Part shown: in pieces, positions 63,833 to 64,000 of the stretch | Numbering within the stretch: the stretch's first letter is position 1 | Layout of the letters: every line of letters starts with the position of its first letter | From: Malacoraja senta | Taxonomy: Eukaryota | DNA: 64,000 nt | Direction of reading: 5' to 3' | Assembly (NCBI GenBank): GCA_038087875.1 | Contig: CM075994.1 | Span: forward strand, 8,682,001-8,746,000 | The notes under the pieces: model-generated | What the model was told of the DNA's origin: nothing | What the model saw: the letters and a program-made list of their open reading frames with translations, nothing else | The model's database searches: none | Position numbers and translations under genes: made by a program

Positions 63833-63975
63833 AGGTAGACAAAATTGCTGGAGAAACTCAGCGGGTGCGGCAGCATCTATAAAAGCAGACAAAGAGATGC
63901 TGCCGCACCCGCTGAGTTTCTCCAGCAATTTTGTCTACCTTCGATTTTCCAGCATCTGCAGTTCCTTCTTGAACG
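63833..63975. mobile_element. Short palindromic Penelope-derived insertion with TSD
   Basis: About 47-bp perfect inverted arms; GATAGGATAGGTTTA duplicated on both flanks. Confidence 0.75.
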
Positions 63976-64000
63976 ATAGGATAGGTTTAGGAGGGTATGG

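Overview
Vertebrate genomic DNA, almost certainly elasmobranch and most likely a skate or ray, judged from dense HE1-type SINEs and HER1/CR1 LINE tails. Most of the window is transposon-derived intron sequence. Two split genes lie on the minus strand, separated by a 200-N scaffold gap (16695-16894). (1) Five consecutive exons of complement C4 (9839->4080) splice in frame and encode the end of the beta chain, the RMKR beta/alpha junction, a complete 76-aa C4a anaphylatoxin and the start of alpha'. (2) Eight exons from the C-terminal part of a PRRC2-family gene (60628->21125), best matching PRRC2A/BAT2. Together they suggest an MHC class III segment, but C4 exons 1-14 and the last PRRC2A exons are absent, so the adjacency rests on the gap. 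Repeats include CR1, L1, L2 and Rex1/Babar LINEs, DIRS, Penelope-like elements, Tc1, hAT and Harbinger-type MITEs, and SINEs. Notable extras: many Penelope-derived short repeats carrying a minimal hammerhead-ribozyme core; a PRRC2A exon with apparent compensating frameshifts; a Harbinger MITE holding a copy of nearby intron DNA; and a 1041-bp TIR element with 7-bp TSDs. All assignments come from reading the sequence and recalled homologs. No searches were run and repeat boundaries are approximate.
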